Source of the DNA: Chloropicon primus
Taxonomy: Eukaryota
Assembly: GCA_023205875.1 (NCBI GenBank)
Contig: CP060755.1
Span: 744,001 to 808,000, forward strand
Direction of reading: 5' to 3'
DNA length: 64,000 bases
In this document: in pieces, positions 30,547-42,450 of the stretch
Layout of the letters: each line of letters starts with the position of its first letter
Position numbering within the stretch: position 1 is the first letter of the stretch
Program-made: the position numbers and the translations under genes
Notes under the pieces: generated by a model
Told to the model about the DNA's origin: nothing
Databases searched by the model: none
The model's input: only the letters and a program-made list of their open reading frames with translations

Positions 30547-33408
30547 ACGCCCACGAGAGCTGCGAGGAGGAGACCTCCGAGGACAACAGCAACAACAATA
30601 ATATAACTAGACGCCTTGATTGAGAAGGAGACTTGAAATTTGTAATGTAAGCGAAAGCCTTGCTTTCTTGGAAAAAGAAAAAGTAAACGCTTCTTCTTCC
30701 GTCTTCTTCTTCCCTTGAAGAGGTGACGCCTGCAACAACAACATCATCATCCAGGAAAAGGGAGAACGAACACAAGGGAGGGGCCGCACGTCGACCGCGC
30801 AGCAAAGAGAAAACACGGTTGGGGGGGCGATGAAGCCTATCAGTCCCTGGATAAAAGCTACAATGAAACTACATAGAAAAGAATATGAGGCTGTGTGTTT
30901 GTGTATCTTAAGCTAAAAGCTTGGTTGTCTCTTCCTCTTTTCACGGTCCTGCCTCGTCGGTTCCGTCAACAAACGAGCCCCCTCCTTGGTTTGCTTTCGC
31001 AACGAGCCCTTGGTATTATCCATCCTCGTCCAGAAAGTCGTAAAAGTCAACCTCGTCTTGCCCCGGCATCTTGTCCCTGCGCAGCCCAAGCAAAGAGACC
31101 ACAACGCAGAACCAGCGTGTTAGTTACAAAGATTATCTTTCTCCAAAGGTAGGCCCACCCGACGAAACAAACGAGACGACGACCGACTCGCGAAAGAGAA
31201 AAAAGAAGTCGTCCTCGTCCTCCGTTTTCCCGACCTAAACAAACTAAAGCCTCGTTTCCTTACCTTGTCCGCGTCCTTGGTCTACCCTTGGCCTTCCCTC
31301 CTGTGTCGCACTGTCGCACACCACCTGTCGTCCAGCGTTGCGCTGTCTCTCTTCTGTAGCCTCGAGGTGTGTCCTGTTCTTTTAGGACAATCTCCATCCA
31401 GGAAGGAAGGAAGTTTTGCAAAAGGAAAGGAAAGGAAAGGAAAGGAGAAGACGAGAAAGACGTTCGAGAGGATTCCTTTTCCCGAGGGGGAGATACAAAG
31501 AAGGAAGCAGGCGGCTGCTGGAAGAACGAACGCCAGCTCTCTGGCCGAACATCACACCACAGCAAACGGATGGCCTCTCCTGGAGGCCAGGAGGGGCAAT
31601 ATATCGTCATTGTATCGATGGTGGCCTTTGGAAGAAGGAGACTAGGTCTCCATCATGCTCCGCGGTCTCTCTTTCCACGATCTACTTCTACTCGACTCTT
31701 TCTCTCTCTTCCCGTCCTCTTGTTCCCAGGAGGACGGGAAGGGACGGGACGGAGGGAAGGGTTGGTCCAAGAGGCCCTCTTGAAGAGGGGAAGGATGCAG
31801 GTGCTTACGGGGTTGGGTGGATCTGTCGATCAATCTCTTCTTGGTGGTATTGTCCCGACGCTTTTCGCTGTCGGGAGTTTGCGTCTCAGAACTATGTCAA
31901 TAGGTTACAGAAATTATCTTGTGCCGGAAGGAATTACGCTTTGGCAAGACAATCTAAATCACTGCCACGCCAACTCAAGGTAAGGAGGCCATGGCGTGGT
32001 TGGTTGGTGGAACCGGAGATGAATCAACGTGCGTGCACACACACAAAACGGGCTCCGACAACTATTTGAAAAATTTCTTGAAAAAGCCTCCCTTCTTTTT
32101 GTCTGCTCCTTCTGCTTTCTTTTCGTTCGAAGGTTCGCTCTCCACCTCTTGAGCCTCCTCTCCGCCGTCCTCCAGAAAATCGTAAAAGTCTATGTCGTCC
32201 ATCGTCGTCAACAACAACCAACTCCCCCCCCCCGAGAAAAAAAAACCAAAACTACTTGTTCCAGCTTCCTACTGGTCCAACAGGTTGTCAGTCCACCTTG
32301 CTGGTCCCAAGCGTTTCTCAGCACAACAGAGCAAGAACGACCAAGATCCCACTGCCTTCCTTGCCTCCTTGCCAAGCGAGTCTCTAGTTCGGAACTTACG
32401 TGGACTTCGCCTCGCTGTCTTTAGTTACGCATGCAATACGCACACATCTCTCTGCCAAAGACGAAATGTTCCTGCGCCCTTTTTCTTACGCCCGAAATGC
32501 TGCGAGTGTCCTTGGTCGCCTGCAGCGTCTGACACTCCGGCAAGACCTCAAGTCCTCTTCTGCTTTCCAAGAGCCCGAGCTCCAAACTTGACCCGTCTCC
32601 ACCCGTCTCTCGCCTCTTGTCCCTCCGACCCGACGACGACGGTTGTGTGTGTGTGTTGCCTTGGAGTGTCGCCACCAAAAAGACAACGGCCTTAGGTTTG
32701 CCGCAAAAAGATCCAAAGATCCTCTCTCCCTCTCCCTCTCCCTCTCTCTTTCTCTCTCGCTCTCTCGAGCTTGACAGTCCAAGCCGCTCGGGTTGAGTCC
32801 CTTTGAGTCCCTTCGCTGGCCGTACGATAAACGGAGAGAGAGAGAGAGAAGAGAGGGAGCAGCCTCTGGGAACGAAACAAAGACAACGAAACAAGGATGG
32901 GAAGGTACACCCCACCCGTATTTTTTTCTCTCGCCATTGTCTTAACCAACTCCAAAGAAACCCACCGAAGAAGAGGCTCTCGTTCTCTTCTTCCTAAAAC
33001 CCTCCCTGCTCTCTTTCTCTTTCTCTTTCTCTTTCCACAGAGTAGTGAAGCGGTGTCCGAGTGAAGAAAAGGAGGACGACGAGGGATGACGACGACGAGG
33101 ACGACGAGGAGGAGGAGGGAGGTTCTTCAATGCTCTTCTATTCTTGCTCGAAGTCAACCAGGGTCCATCTCGTCCCCAACACAATCCTCCCAATAACCAG
33201 AAAAAAAGAAAAAAGAAAAGAAAAAGGAGAGAGACATGACCCCCTCCTCCCTCCTCCTGGGAGAGACTTCGGATCGCCCTCCTGATCCTTTCCTCCTCCT
33301 CCTCCTCTTCCTTCCTCTCTCCTCTGCTAAATATCGTTCTGCTGGACGCTTTTCGTTTCTGGAGAGTCTCAAGGGCGGCCGAGGCTGGAGAGAGAGAGGA
33401 GGAGAGAG

Positions 33409-34299
33409 ATGACGGGACCGTTCAACACGACGGTGGCGTTCGCCGCGATGGAGAGGAGGAAGGGAGGGGACTGGCGCGACCTCGTCCTCGGACCGACTTT
33501 GCAGTGCCTCGAGGCCGCGAGTCTCGGAATGCCTTTCGAGGTGTGGAAGACTCGCATGGGGAGGTTCAGGAACGAGTCGACTGTGACTGCGTTCAGGAAT
33601 GTGTACAAGGAGGGAGGGATCAAGGCGTTCTGGAAGGGCACGGGGCCTAAGATGGTGGAGTCCGCCACCAAGGGAGCCATCCTGTTGTACGCCAAGGAAG
33701 GAATCCTCACGTACTCTCTCAGGAGCGGGCTTGACCCCACTCTCGCGGGTATCGTCGCAGGAGCGGGAGGTGGCATCTGCCAGGTGAGCGTGATGGGACC
33801 CTGCACGTTCCTTGTCACTGGCGCCGTCACCGGGTCCTCGAACGAATCCACCATGCAGAGGGTGTCTAGGGTGTACAGGGCGAACGGAATTTCTGGGTTC
33901 TACCCGGGAGGGACAGCGATTGCTTTCAGGCAGGCCACGAACTGGGCGTCCAGGCAAGGTTTCACCGAGGCCGTTCGGTACAGGTTCAAGCTCCTGTTCC
34001 ACAACGACGAGAATGCCAAGCTGACGACGAGGGAAAACATTCTGGCGGGTATCGTCGGAGGGTCCCTCTCGTGCTGGAACCACCCTTTCGAAGTTGCGAG
34101 GATCGAGGCGCAGGCGAGGGCCGACCAAGGCCAATCGAAGCTGAATATGATAAGAGTGATGCAGATGGTCGTGAAAGAGAACGGAGTCAAGGGGCTGTTC
34201 CAAGGAATCGTTCCCCGCTGGGGACTTGGTGTCTGGCAGACCTTGTTCATGGTCACTGGGCCAAAACTCGTGCGAGATGCCCTGGGTATGGGTGAATAA
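33409..34299 (+). CDS. Mitochondrial carrier, YHM2-like citrate/oxoglutarate carrier
   Basis: Carrier signatures PFEVWKTRM and HPFEVARIEAQ; AIAFRQATNWASRQG and LSCWNHP resemble yeast Yhm2. Confidence 0.85.
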   Translation: MTGPFNTTVAFAAMERRKGGDWRDLVLGPTLQCLEAASLGMPFEVWKTRMGRFRNESTVTAFRNVYKEGGIKAFWKGTGPKMVESATKGAILLYAKEGILTYSLRSGLDPTLAGIVAGAGGGICQVSVMGPCTFLVTGAVTGSSNESTMQRVSRVYRANGISGFYPGGTAIAFRQATNWASRQGFTEAVRYRFKLLFHNDENAKLTTRENILAGIVGGSLSCWNHPFEVARIEAQARADQGQSKLNMIRVMQMVVKENGVKGLFQGIVPRWGLGVWQTLFMVTGPKLVRDALGMGE

Positions 34300-34331
34300 A
34301 TTCGTTACATTCTTTACATATTTTTTGTGAC

Positions 34332-37300
34332 TTATCCTCGGCTCATTCTTTTCTGGTCCCTCTTCGCTGCTTGCCCCTGCAGGATGTACCTCTTCTTCCT
34401 CTCCGCCTTCTGGAGCTCCTCTCTCCACGCCTCCTCCTTCGGCTTCCTCTTCGCGGCCCTTTCCAAGGCTTCCGCCCTCTTTGCCTTCTTCTTCGCCGCC
34501 TTGTCGTTCCTGATCGTCTGAAGCTGCTGCATCAAGGTGTAGGCCTTCTTCTCGTCGGAGGAAGGGACAACCGCCCTCCTGGCGTCCAAACTCTTCCTCT
34601 TCCTCTTCTTCTCCAGCTTTGGCTTTGAGCTGTACGGCAGAGAGGCTTGAAGCTTTTGTGGCACTTGCAAGGGATTGAAGACGCGCTTCACCCTTTCGAT
34701 GGGCAGGTACAGACTGTCCCTGTTCACGGGAGCCCCCATGTTGCTCTCCCTCCGGAGCTGAGCGACTGTCTTCATGATCGGGACCTGAGCGCCGTCAGGC
34801 GCACCGTTCTCTGATTTCTGGGAGTCGTCCAAGTAGTAGCCAAGGCCAAGGTTTCCGGTTTTGAACACGAACCCTTCCTTTCTGCCATCAAACGCTTTCA
34901 ATGGGATGAAGGTGCTCTTATCCTTCGCAGCGTTAACGGCCGCCGCGGAGGACGAGGTGGTCAGGAGCTTCTCGCCAATTTGGTTGTAGAACTTGGGGAC
35001 TTCCACTTGCACCCAAGACCTCGTGAAGACGATGTCCTTGTAAAGGATCTTGTCCTCGAACGTGCACCTCGCTACACCCTTCTTGCCCGGCATCTTTGCC
35101 GCTTTTTTGATCGTTCCCCTGATCCCACTGACCGTCTTGATTCCCGCGCCCTCGAATTTCGCGACCTCCAGGTCCGAGTTAAACATCCCTTCGATGAACG
35201 CCGTGTTCCTGTTGACTTTGAGGGGGGTTCCAACAATCTTGAGCTTCTTCATGATCTTGGAGGAGTGATCAAAATCGAGAACGGTTCCTGTTGCGCTGAT
35301 TCTCCAGGTTGCCTGACTGGAGTCAAGGGTCTGAAAAGCCACGAGACCCGTGTTCAAAGGCGCCAGGGGGCCGTAGACCGTCGCGAGGCAATGCATGTGC
35401 TCGGGAGTGTACTTTATCATCCTGTACCTCCCGCCGACGTCTTGCAGGTTGTAGACTGGAATGGACTGGAACCTTCTCCAGCCAATTGAAAAGATCAGAG
35501 GGTCTTTGTTCTTCAGGATCTTCCTGTGCCACCGATGGCGCTTCAGCCTAAACCTCATCAAGCCCACAGAATGCTCGTTGTTCAGGAGGCCCCCCACCAG
35601 CAGTGGTGAGGTCGGATCAAAGTTCTTCACCAACTCGTACGGCATGCCAGAGAACCTTAGCCTGACGTAGCTCCCTGGCCTGTAGCCCTCCATGGCAACT
35701 CTCATCTGCGGATCCATCGTGTCCAGCTCTGCCCGAGCCCTGGCGTACTCCTCGTTCATGTCTTGCTTTATCATGTCAAAGTACGAGGCCGGATCCTTCT
35801 CTTCTTGAGCAGGATCCGTCCCGTCCACCTTCGAGCCTGAAGCATCGTAGTCCTCATCAAAAGCCGCTTTTTTCGCAGCTTTCTTTATCGCAAGCTCGGA
35901 CTCGTCCTCCTTGCTCTCGTCCTCCGCTTTGAATTTCTCCCCGCTTTCAAGGTCTTCGAAGTCTCCGTAAAGCTCGCTGTCGCTGTCGCTCTCGTCCTGA
36001 GGCCTCAGCTCACCCCTTTCGTTGCCCGCGTCCCAGTCGCCTGTCACAAACCTATTTCTTATCGACTCAAAGTCGTTAGAATCTTTCCACGAATCTTCTT
36101 CCAAAGTGATTTTGCCCTTGGAGCAATCGTCTGTTTCAGGCGCAGCAGTGCTTTTCCCTTGTCCGCCGACGGGCTTGAAAAAGTCTAAATCGTCCCCGTC
36201 CTCGCTCTCACTCCCGTCGTCGCCACTCTCGTCATCACCCCGGTACATGCTCACGCTGCCGTACACCAGATTCATAATGTCGGAAGCCCTCGTGCTGAAG
36301 ATGGTCACAATGTTCTTTCCCATTCTTTCCTTCCATTGCGCTCCGGACTCAAGTGGCAAAAGGGATTCCCTTGGGTCCTTCTCCTCCTCCGAATCGTCTG
36401 AGAATTCTGAGTCGGATTCAAATGCCTTCTTCGACCCCGCGGCTGCTCCCTCGCCGCCGCCGTTTTCGAAAATTGCTCTCCGCCTCACTCTCCCGTCCTT
36501 GGTCTCCTCCGTGTCCTGTCTCTCGCCCTCCGAGCCCTCTTCATCCGAGCTCCCTTCCTCGTCAGACCCGTCCTCAGAAAGACCATCTTCGTCCGAGTAC
36601 TCCTCGCTCGAGTCTTCGCCTCCCATGTCCCCGGCAACAACGCTTCTTCCGCCCGCAAAGAGTTGGATGCTCGATTGGTTCAACTTCTCGTCCACAGTCT
36701 GCGCTGTCTGCTGAAGGTCGAGGACCATTTGCTCACCGGACCCATCCTTCTCACCCGGGACCTTTGCGCCCGAGAACTGCACCTTCCAGTCCGGTATGTC
36801 TATATACGTCGCGTCCTTGTCGTACGTCAAGTTTCCCAAATTTGCCATGGGAGCGTAAATCAAGCGCGATTTGTCCCCCAGAGACTTCTTGTGCCCTTTC
36901 TCTGGAAGTGGGCAGGGATCCGGGAGCTCCGACACCTCCAACACGTCGTAGTCCCCCGCACCGGCAACGTGGACCCTCGACTGGAGACGCAAGTTGCTCC
37001 CCCGGACGTAGCCGTACAAGCACAAGTCCCTGTCGCACTTGGGGTCCGCGTGGATGATGTCAGGCGGCGTGATGTCCTCCATTCTGTCGGCCACGAGGTA
37101 CGGGTGCTGGCTCCTCCAAGTCAAGGGCCTAACCTTCTGAACCGAGATGAACCTCGCCAAGTTCAAGACCTCCCTCTTCGGGTACTTGCCGTTGATCAGA
37201 CCGCTGAAGTAGAAGAGCTTGGCGCCCTCGTAGATCTCGTTCCAGAACCTCGACTTCAGTCCCTTCTTGACCTTCTTCAGCCTCTCCTTGTTCTTGTAAA

Positions 37301-37913
37301 GGTCCAGGTGCGTCAGCACGCCCATCACCTTGGGGAAGCCGTGGACCTGCAGCAAGTTGAGAAACTCGAACGTCTCCATCTCGAAGCCGAAGTTTCCGTC
37401 GATCACCAGGAGGACGAGGTCGGCCACCTTGGCCGCGTCGATCATGCCCGTCAAGTTCTTGGGGCACTCAATCAGCGTTATCCGCCTGTTTTTTCCCGAC
37501 ACCACGCTGATTGGGCCCTTCGTGTCCGAGATGTTCTGCCGAGCGTAGTGCTTCACGAGGGACTTGATGACGGTCGACTTGCCCACGCCCGGAGGACCGT
37601 GAACCAGCACGACCATCGGAGGCGGCTCCTCGGGCGTCTTGTCCAGGACCGGGGCATGGAGCCTCTTCTGCTCCCTGTCCGCCTGCCTGGCCCTCGACTG
37701 CCTGGCGCGGAGGGAAGACTTGACTCCAAAAGCCTTGGGGTTGTTGATCCTCTGCTGCTCCTTCGTCAGCACCTTCTTCCCCCCCGCCGATGACAATGCC
37801 CCGACCTTGTCGCCGCCACCCGCCTCATGCTCCTCCTGCTTCTTCTTCCTTTTGTCCTTCTTCTTCTTCGCCTTGGCTCCGGCCTTCCTGGCCCTGTGCT
37901 GCTTCCCACCCAT
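34332..37913 (-). CDS. BMS1: Ribosome biogenesis GTPase BMS1
   Basis: NPKAF, GPPGVGKST, ADLVLLVIDGNFGFEMETFEFLN, HGFPKVMGVLTHLD, LKRHRWHRKILKNKDP, KYTPEHMHC, TVSGIRGTIKKA. Confidence 0.97.
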   Translation of the reverse strand: MGGKQHRARKAGAKAKKKKDKRKKKQEEHEAGGGDKVGALSSAGGKKVLTKEQQRINNPKAFGVKSSLRARQSRARQADREQKRLHAPVLDKTPEEPPPMVVLVHGPPGVGKSTVIKSLVKHYARQNISDTKGPISVVSGKNRRITLIECPKNLTGMIDAAKVADLVLLVIDGNFGFEMETFEFLNLLQVHGFPKVMGVLTHLDLYKNKERLKKVKKGLKSRFWNEIYEGAKLFYFSGLINGKYPKREVLNLARFISVQKVRPLTWRSQHPYLVADRMEDITPPDIIHADPKCDRDLCLYGYVRGSNLRLQSRVHVAGAGDYDVLEVSELPDPCPLPEKGHKKSLGDKSRLIYAPMANLGNLTYDKDATYIDIPDWKVQFSGAKVPGEKDGSGEQMVLDLQQTAQTVDEKLNQSSIQLFAGGRSVVAGDMGGEDSSEEYSDEDGLSEDGSDEEGSSDEEGSEGERQDTEETKDGRVRRRAIFENGGGEGAAAGSKKAFESDSEFSDDSEEEKDPRESLLPLESGAQWKERMGKNIVTIFSTRASDIMNLVYGSVSMYRGDDESGDDGSESEDGDDLDFFKPVGGQGKSTAAPETDDCSKGKITLEEDSWKDSNDFESIRNRFVTGDWDAGNERGELRPQDESDSDSELYGDFEDLESGEKFKAEDESKEDESELAIKKAAKKAAFDEDYDASGSKVDGTDPAQEEKDPASYFDMIKQDMNEEYARARAELDTMDPQMRVAMEGYRPGSYVRLRFSGMPYELVKNFDPTSPLLVGGLLNNEHSVGLMRFRLKRHRWHRKILKNKDPLIFSIGWRRFQSIPVYNLQDVGGRYRMIKYTPEHMHCLATVYGPLAPLNTGLVAFQTLDSSQATWRISATGTVLDFDHSSKIMKKLKIVGTPLKVNRNTAFIEGMFNSDLEVAKFEGAGIKTVSGIRGTIKKAAKMPGKKGVARCTFEDKILYKDIVFTRSWVQVEVPKFYNQIGEKLLTTSSSAAAVNAAKDKSTFIPLKAFDGRKEGFVFKTGNLGLGYYLDDSQKSENGAPDGAQVPIMKTVAQLRRESNMGAPVNRDSLYLPIERVKRVFNPLQVPQKLQASLPYSSKPKLEKKRKRKSLDARRAVVPSSDEKKAYTLMQQLQTIRNDKAAKKKAKRAEALERAAKRKPKEEAWREELQKAERKKRYILQGQAAKRDQKRMSRG

Positions 37914-38126
37914 CCCTACACCACCACCAACTTCACTGTTGGCTCCCAAAACAAAAACAAAAAACAAAAACAAATACCCTTACGCACGAGGCAAGAGACC
38001 CGCGTCCGGAGAGGTCCGACTCTATCCAAACCAGAACCAGGAGAAGAACCAATCACCAAAACACCAAAACACCAAAACACCTTCCCTTCCCTTCTCTCTC
38101 TCTCTCTCTCTCTTTCTCTCTGTCTC

Positions 38127-38166
38127 GAATGAGAATGAGAATGAGAATGAGAATGAGAATGAGAAC
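38127..38166. repeat. (GAGAAT)n hexanucleotide microsatellite in the BMS1/RCC2 divergent intergenic region
   Basis: Directly visible; flanked by (CT)n and (GA)n tracts. Confidence 0.9.
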
Positions 38167-38487
38167 GAGAGTGTGTTTGTGGATGAAGAGAGAGCGAGAG
38201 CAAGGTGTTCGGCAAACGAAACGAAACGCGTGTCCTCTCCCAAGGAGCGCAACCCACCGCCCCTTCCTCCCTTGCAGGAACGCAACGCCGGCTGCAGACC
38301 TTGTCCTGATCGATCCTGATCGATCGCCGTCACAAAAGAAGTCTACAAAGAAGTGCAAACTCCCCTCAGGAAAAGTAACGTCACGGGGTGAATTTTTTTG
38401 GCGCCAAAAAACCCAGGAAAGAGAGAGAGAGAGAGAGAGAGAGAAGCCCAGGGGGAGAGGGAGAGAGAGAGAGAGAGAGAGAGGGAG

Positions 38488-39986
38488 ATGAGTGACGGCG
38501 GTGCGACGAAGAAGGAGGAGGAGGAGGAGTACGAGGGGACCTTGCTTTTCACGGGGATCACCGACTTTGGCATCGTAAGTGGAACACAAACACAAACGTG
38601 ATCCCATCCCTAACCGTTCACAAAAACTGACGGACCTCTTTCGAACGAACGAACGATGATTGTGTTTGTGTGTGTTTGTGTGGGTCGGTCTCTGTGCGTG
38701 CGTGTGCGTGGTGTTGTTAGCTCGGGAAGGTGACGGCGAAGCCTGCGCTGGAGCTGCCGAACCATCCGTCTCCGACGCGGTTCAAGGTGTTGAGCGGCGT
38801 GAAGGTGAAACACGTCTTGGGCGGGACCGCGGCGCAGCACTGCTTGATTATCGACAGCGAGGACAGGGTCTGGTCCTGGGGGAACAATGGAAAGGGTCAG
38901 CTCGGACTGGGGCACACGAGCCACATGAGCCAGCCGGCACTGATCGAGGGGGGGCTGAAGGATAAGAAGGTGGTGGGCGGGGCGGCGGGACGTTTCCACA
39001 GCGTCGTGTTCCTGTCCGACGGGACTTCGTACAGCTTCGGACTGAACAAGTACGGGCAGCTCGGCCTCGGGTCCTGCAAGTTTAGCATCCTGTCCAAGAA
39101 GAAGAACCAGGAGGAGATTCACACGGATCCCGTCAAGAACCAGGTGATGAACTGCACCGCCGTGTCTTGCGGCACGGAGTTCACCCTGTGGCTGACGACC
39201 ACGGGCGTCCTCTCCGCGGGTTGCCCCGAGTACGGCCAGCTCGGCCACGGGACCAACAACGAGTACAACTCCTCCGAGTCGTCTCTGAAGATGTACTTCC
39301 AGCCCCAGCCGGCGCCAAAGCTGATCGCGGCCCTGGCGAGCAAGAAGATCTTGAAGATCGCGTCCGGAAACAACCACTCGCTCGCGCTGGACTCTGACGG
39401 GCATTTGCACTCTTGGGGCTTCGGAGGATACGGCAGGCTCGGTCACAGGGAGCAGAAGGACGAGTTCAGCCCCAGGAAGATTGAGATGTTCGAGAACCGG
39501 TTGGCGCTTCCGCTCGACTCCAAGATAGCGTGCGGAAACATGACGAGCTTCGCCACCATCAAGGGGGGGCAGATATACCAGTGGGGCAAGCCAAAGCTGT
39601 CTGGAGACACCATCATGTACCCAAAGCCGCTCTTCGAGCTCAGCGGATGGAACATCCGCAGCATGGCCGGTGGCAACGGTACTTTCGCGGTCGCCTCCGA
39701 GAAGTCTGCCATCACTTGGGGCACGGCCTTGTACCAGGAGCTTGGTTACGGCCCAAAGGGAAAGAAGTCTTCGGCGAACCCAGCCAAGGTGGAAGCCCTG
39801 GATGATATGCTCACGCACGAAGTGAACTGCTCTGCGGGAAACATCCTCTTTCTGGTGGATTCAAAGGAGGACGTGTCGGCCTTCGAGGAGTGGGAGGCGC
39901 CGGCTACAGTCACCCCAGTTGAGGAGCCGCCGAAGAAGAGGAAGGGGGGGGCTAAGGCTGGACGCGGGAGGAAAAGAGTGAGGTAA
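38488..39986 (+). CDS. RCC2: RCC1-repeat protein, RCC2/TD-60-like; intron 38575-38720
   Basis: GTLLFTGITDF exon joined in frame; RCC1 repeats (WSWGNNGKGQLGLG, FGLNKYGQLG, GCPEYGQLGHG, WGFGGYGRLGH); MYPKPLFELSGWNIR, ELGYGPKGKKSSANP. Confidence 0.9.
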
Positions 39987-40034
39987 ATTGGGATTAAGCT
40001 CTTTGGGTGTGTGGCGGAGGGAAACGGACCCCGC

Positions 40035-42027
40035 CTATTTTTCAGACTTAATATATCCTTCAAGAATATCATCGAGCCTTGCCATAACCATCTCAATCGC
40101 ATGCAGGTTCATCAGCTTTTGCGACTGCCAGTCATCTCCTATCGTGCATTTGAAACGACCGTAGCGGTTGGGCCCGAACTCCGGTGCCCCGGGCTTTTGC
40201 TGCTCTCTCAGAGCCGTTTGCACAACCCCTCTGATGCAGGGCAAAGTCTCCACCAAAAGCCGCTTTGCGCAGTCCTTGCTGAGCATGACAGCCTTCGAGG
40301 CACCTTGGTTCTGCTCCTTGAGAAGCACGAACCGAAGCGCGTTCAGCGAGGCGACCACAACCTCGCTCTTTTCGTCGAGATAATCCTTCCTTTGACCAAG
40401 GTCCGTGATTCTCTCCGTGCTGTACAATGGCCCCAGGATACTGCCGAGGGCAGCTGGCCCGAGAAAAGCCGAATCACTTTCTGGTCTTTCCTTTGTCGGC
40501 CACACCGCAGCTACTTCGTCCTTCATCCCCACCATCAGGGTAGCGCTGATGCTGGGATACTGGCATGACTCGATAATCCCGGCCATGCACTGGCATCGCT
40601 GCTTGTCGTTAAGGGCCTTGAGGAGGGCAGTCATGCAAAACTTTGCTCTCGTTCGCACAGGTCTGTCCGGGAAGTGGGACATCATCCTGATCAGGCAGCC
40701 CATCACCGTCCGCTGCCCTGGAGAAGCTTCGCTCAGTCCTCCTGAGTTCTCGATGTGGGCTACGAACGAGTACAGGAGGTGCAACGCCCTCGAAACGGCC
40801 GCTGGGGCTTGGCTTTCTGCCAGATGTTCAGCGAAAGCGAGCATCTTTGCGAAGAATGTCGAGGCCATGTGCATGAGATCAGGGCAGGTAAGCGAACCTT
40901 CTCCGCTTTCCTGAGCTACTGCTGAGTCCAGGAAGCTCTCCGCCACCAGGCACGCCCCAATGAAGTGTGCGTCCTCGAGGCTTTCCCCTTCGTCGTCCGA
41001 GGCGCCATCTTCATCGGCGAGCACGAGCTTTCCCAAGTCCCCCAGATGCTTCACCCCCAACGTGCCCAGGGACCTGATCGCAAGAGCTGTCCAGGCGTTC
41101 CACGTACCCTCCAAGTGCTCCTGCCCGACGGTGACGTACATCGACCCCAGCAGACACAGGCAGTGAAGGCTTAGTCTTCTCGCTGCTTCATCCTTGTCTG
41201 CGCTTGGCCCTATCGAGGCCAGGTCGTCACAGGCCACGCCGAAGTCCTCCAAGACCGTTGTAGCTGCCTCGCAGCAGAGCGAGGCTGGGGCAGCTCTCCC
41301 GCCCTCGCCTTCCCCGTCCCCTCCCTCTGCGAGTGCATCTGCCGCACTGGCACATACGAGGGTGTGAAGATCACACGAGCTCAAGTAGTGCAAATACTTC
41401 TTCCTCTTGATGACCCCGAGCGCCGAGGAGGTCGTGGAGAGGGCGCAGACCAGCGACTCCCACTTGACCTCCCCATCGGTCGCCAGCTCCCGCACGACCT
41501 CTCCAATGAAAGCGCGGACCTCCCTTCCGGAACACCACCCCACAATGCACCTTCCGATCGAAGCCACGGTTTTCCGGCACCGATCGGACACGCTCGCGCA
41601 GAGGTAGAGCGCCTTTGCGGACGCCCTGTCACCCACGAGGTAATCCAGATCACTCTGCTTCCGCTCGATGGACTCCTCCTGGCAAGAAACAGATCAGAAG
41701 CCAAAGTCAGCGAAACGTTGTAGCTTCCTCGCAGCAGAGCGAGGCCGGGGCAGCCCTCCCGCCCTCGCCTTCCCCGTCCCCTTCCTCTGTCGCACTGGCA
41801 CACACGAGGGTGTGCAGATCACACGAGCTCAAGTCGTGCAAATACTTCCATTTGAACCCACGAAAACAAAAACACGTCGCGACCGCGTCACGTCGCGTCT
41901 CGGTCGGTGGCCAGTCCTCGCGCCTTACCTCCTCGATCCTCCGCAAGAGGCCGGAGACCTCCTCGTGCACTTGGGACTCGTCCCCTTCTTCCAGGGAGCC
42001 CTTCAGCCTCTCACAGACCGCCTCCAT
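40035..42027 (-). CDS. ALF4: ALF4/glomulin-family protein; exons 42027-41929 and 41678-40035
   Basis: Helical protein with IRMMSHFPDRPVRTRA...LLKAL...R....GII...PSISATLMVGMKDEV and SEVVVASLNALRFVLL, typical of glomulin/ALF4; intron 41679-41928 (GTAAG, CTGAC, CAG) keeps frame. Confidence 0.75.
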
Positions 42028-42450
42028 TGTGTCCCTCTCACTGACCCTCGTACCCCTCCATCTCCAGCAGTTGCCCGCATGCGGAGATCTGAGACTCTCC
42101 AGACTCTCCTCACGAGATCCTCAAGAATTGTATGCCGCGGCAGGGAGGAGAGGAGACCGGAGATCAATGCTTTGACCAACAACAGAGAGAAAGAGAGGGA
42201 GAGAGGGAAAGGCCATTAGTTCTCTGATTGACGATTCGCCCAACCTTTGGACATGGACCGAAAGAAGAGAAGGGAAGACCTCCGATCAACAGCCAAAGGG
42301 GGGGAGGTTGGTGTCGGGGAGCAAAGGCAGGGAGGGACTGGACAGAGAGTCCATGTCCATTTGGAGATCCTGCGTTCGTCTGACATGTTTTGTGTGTGAA
42401 GAGCAGAACCATCATAAGTTAAATGCGCTTGCCAAGTTCTTTGTGCGCGT

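Noticed and set aside
31230..31250. ACCTAAAC as a possible telomerase RNA template
   Set aside because: An 8-nt match is expected by chance; no supporting promoter or structure recognised, and the host telomere repeat is not known from this window.
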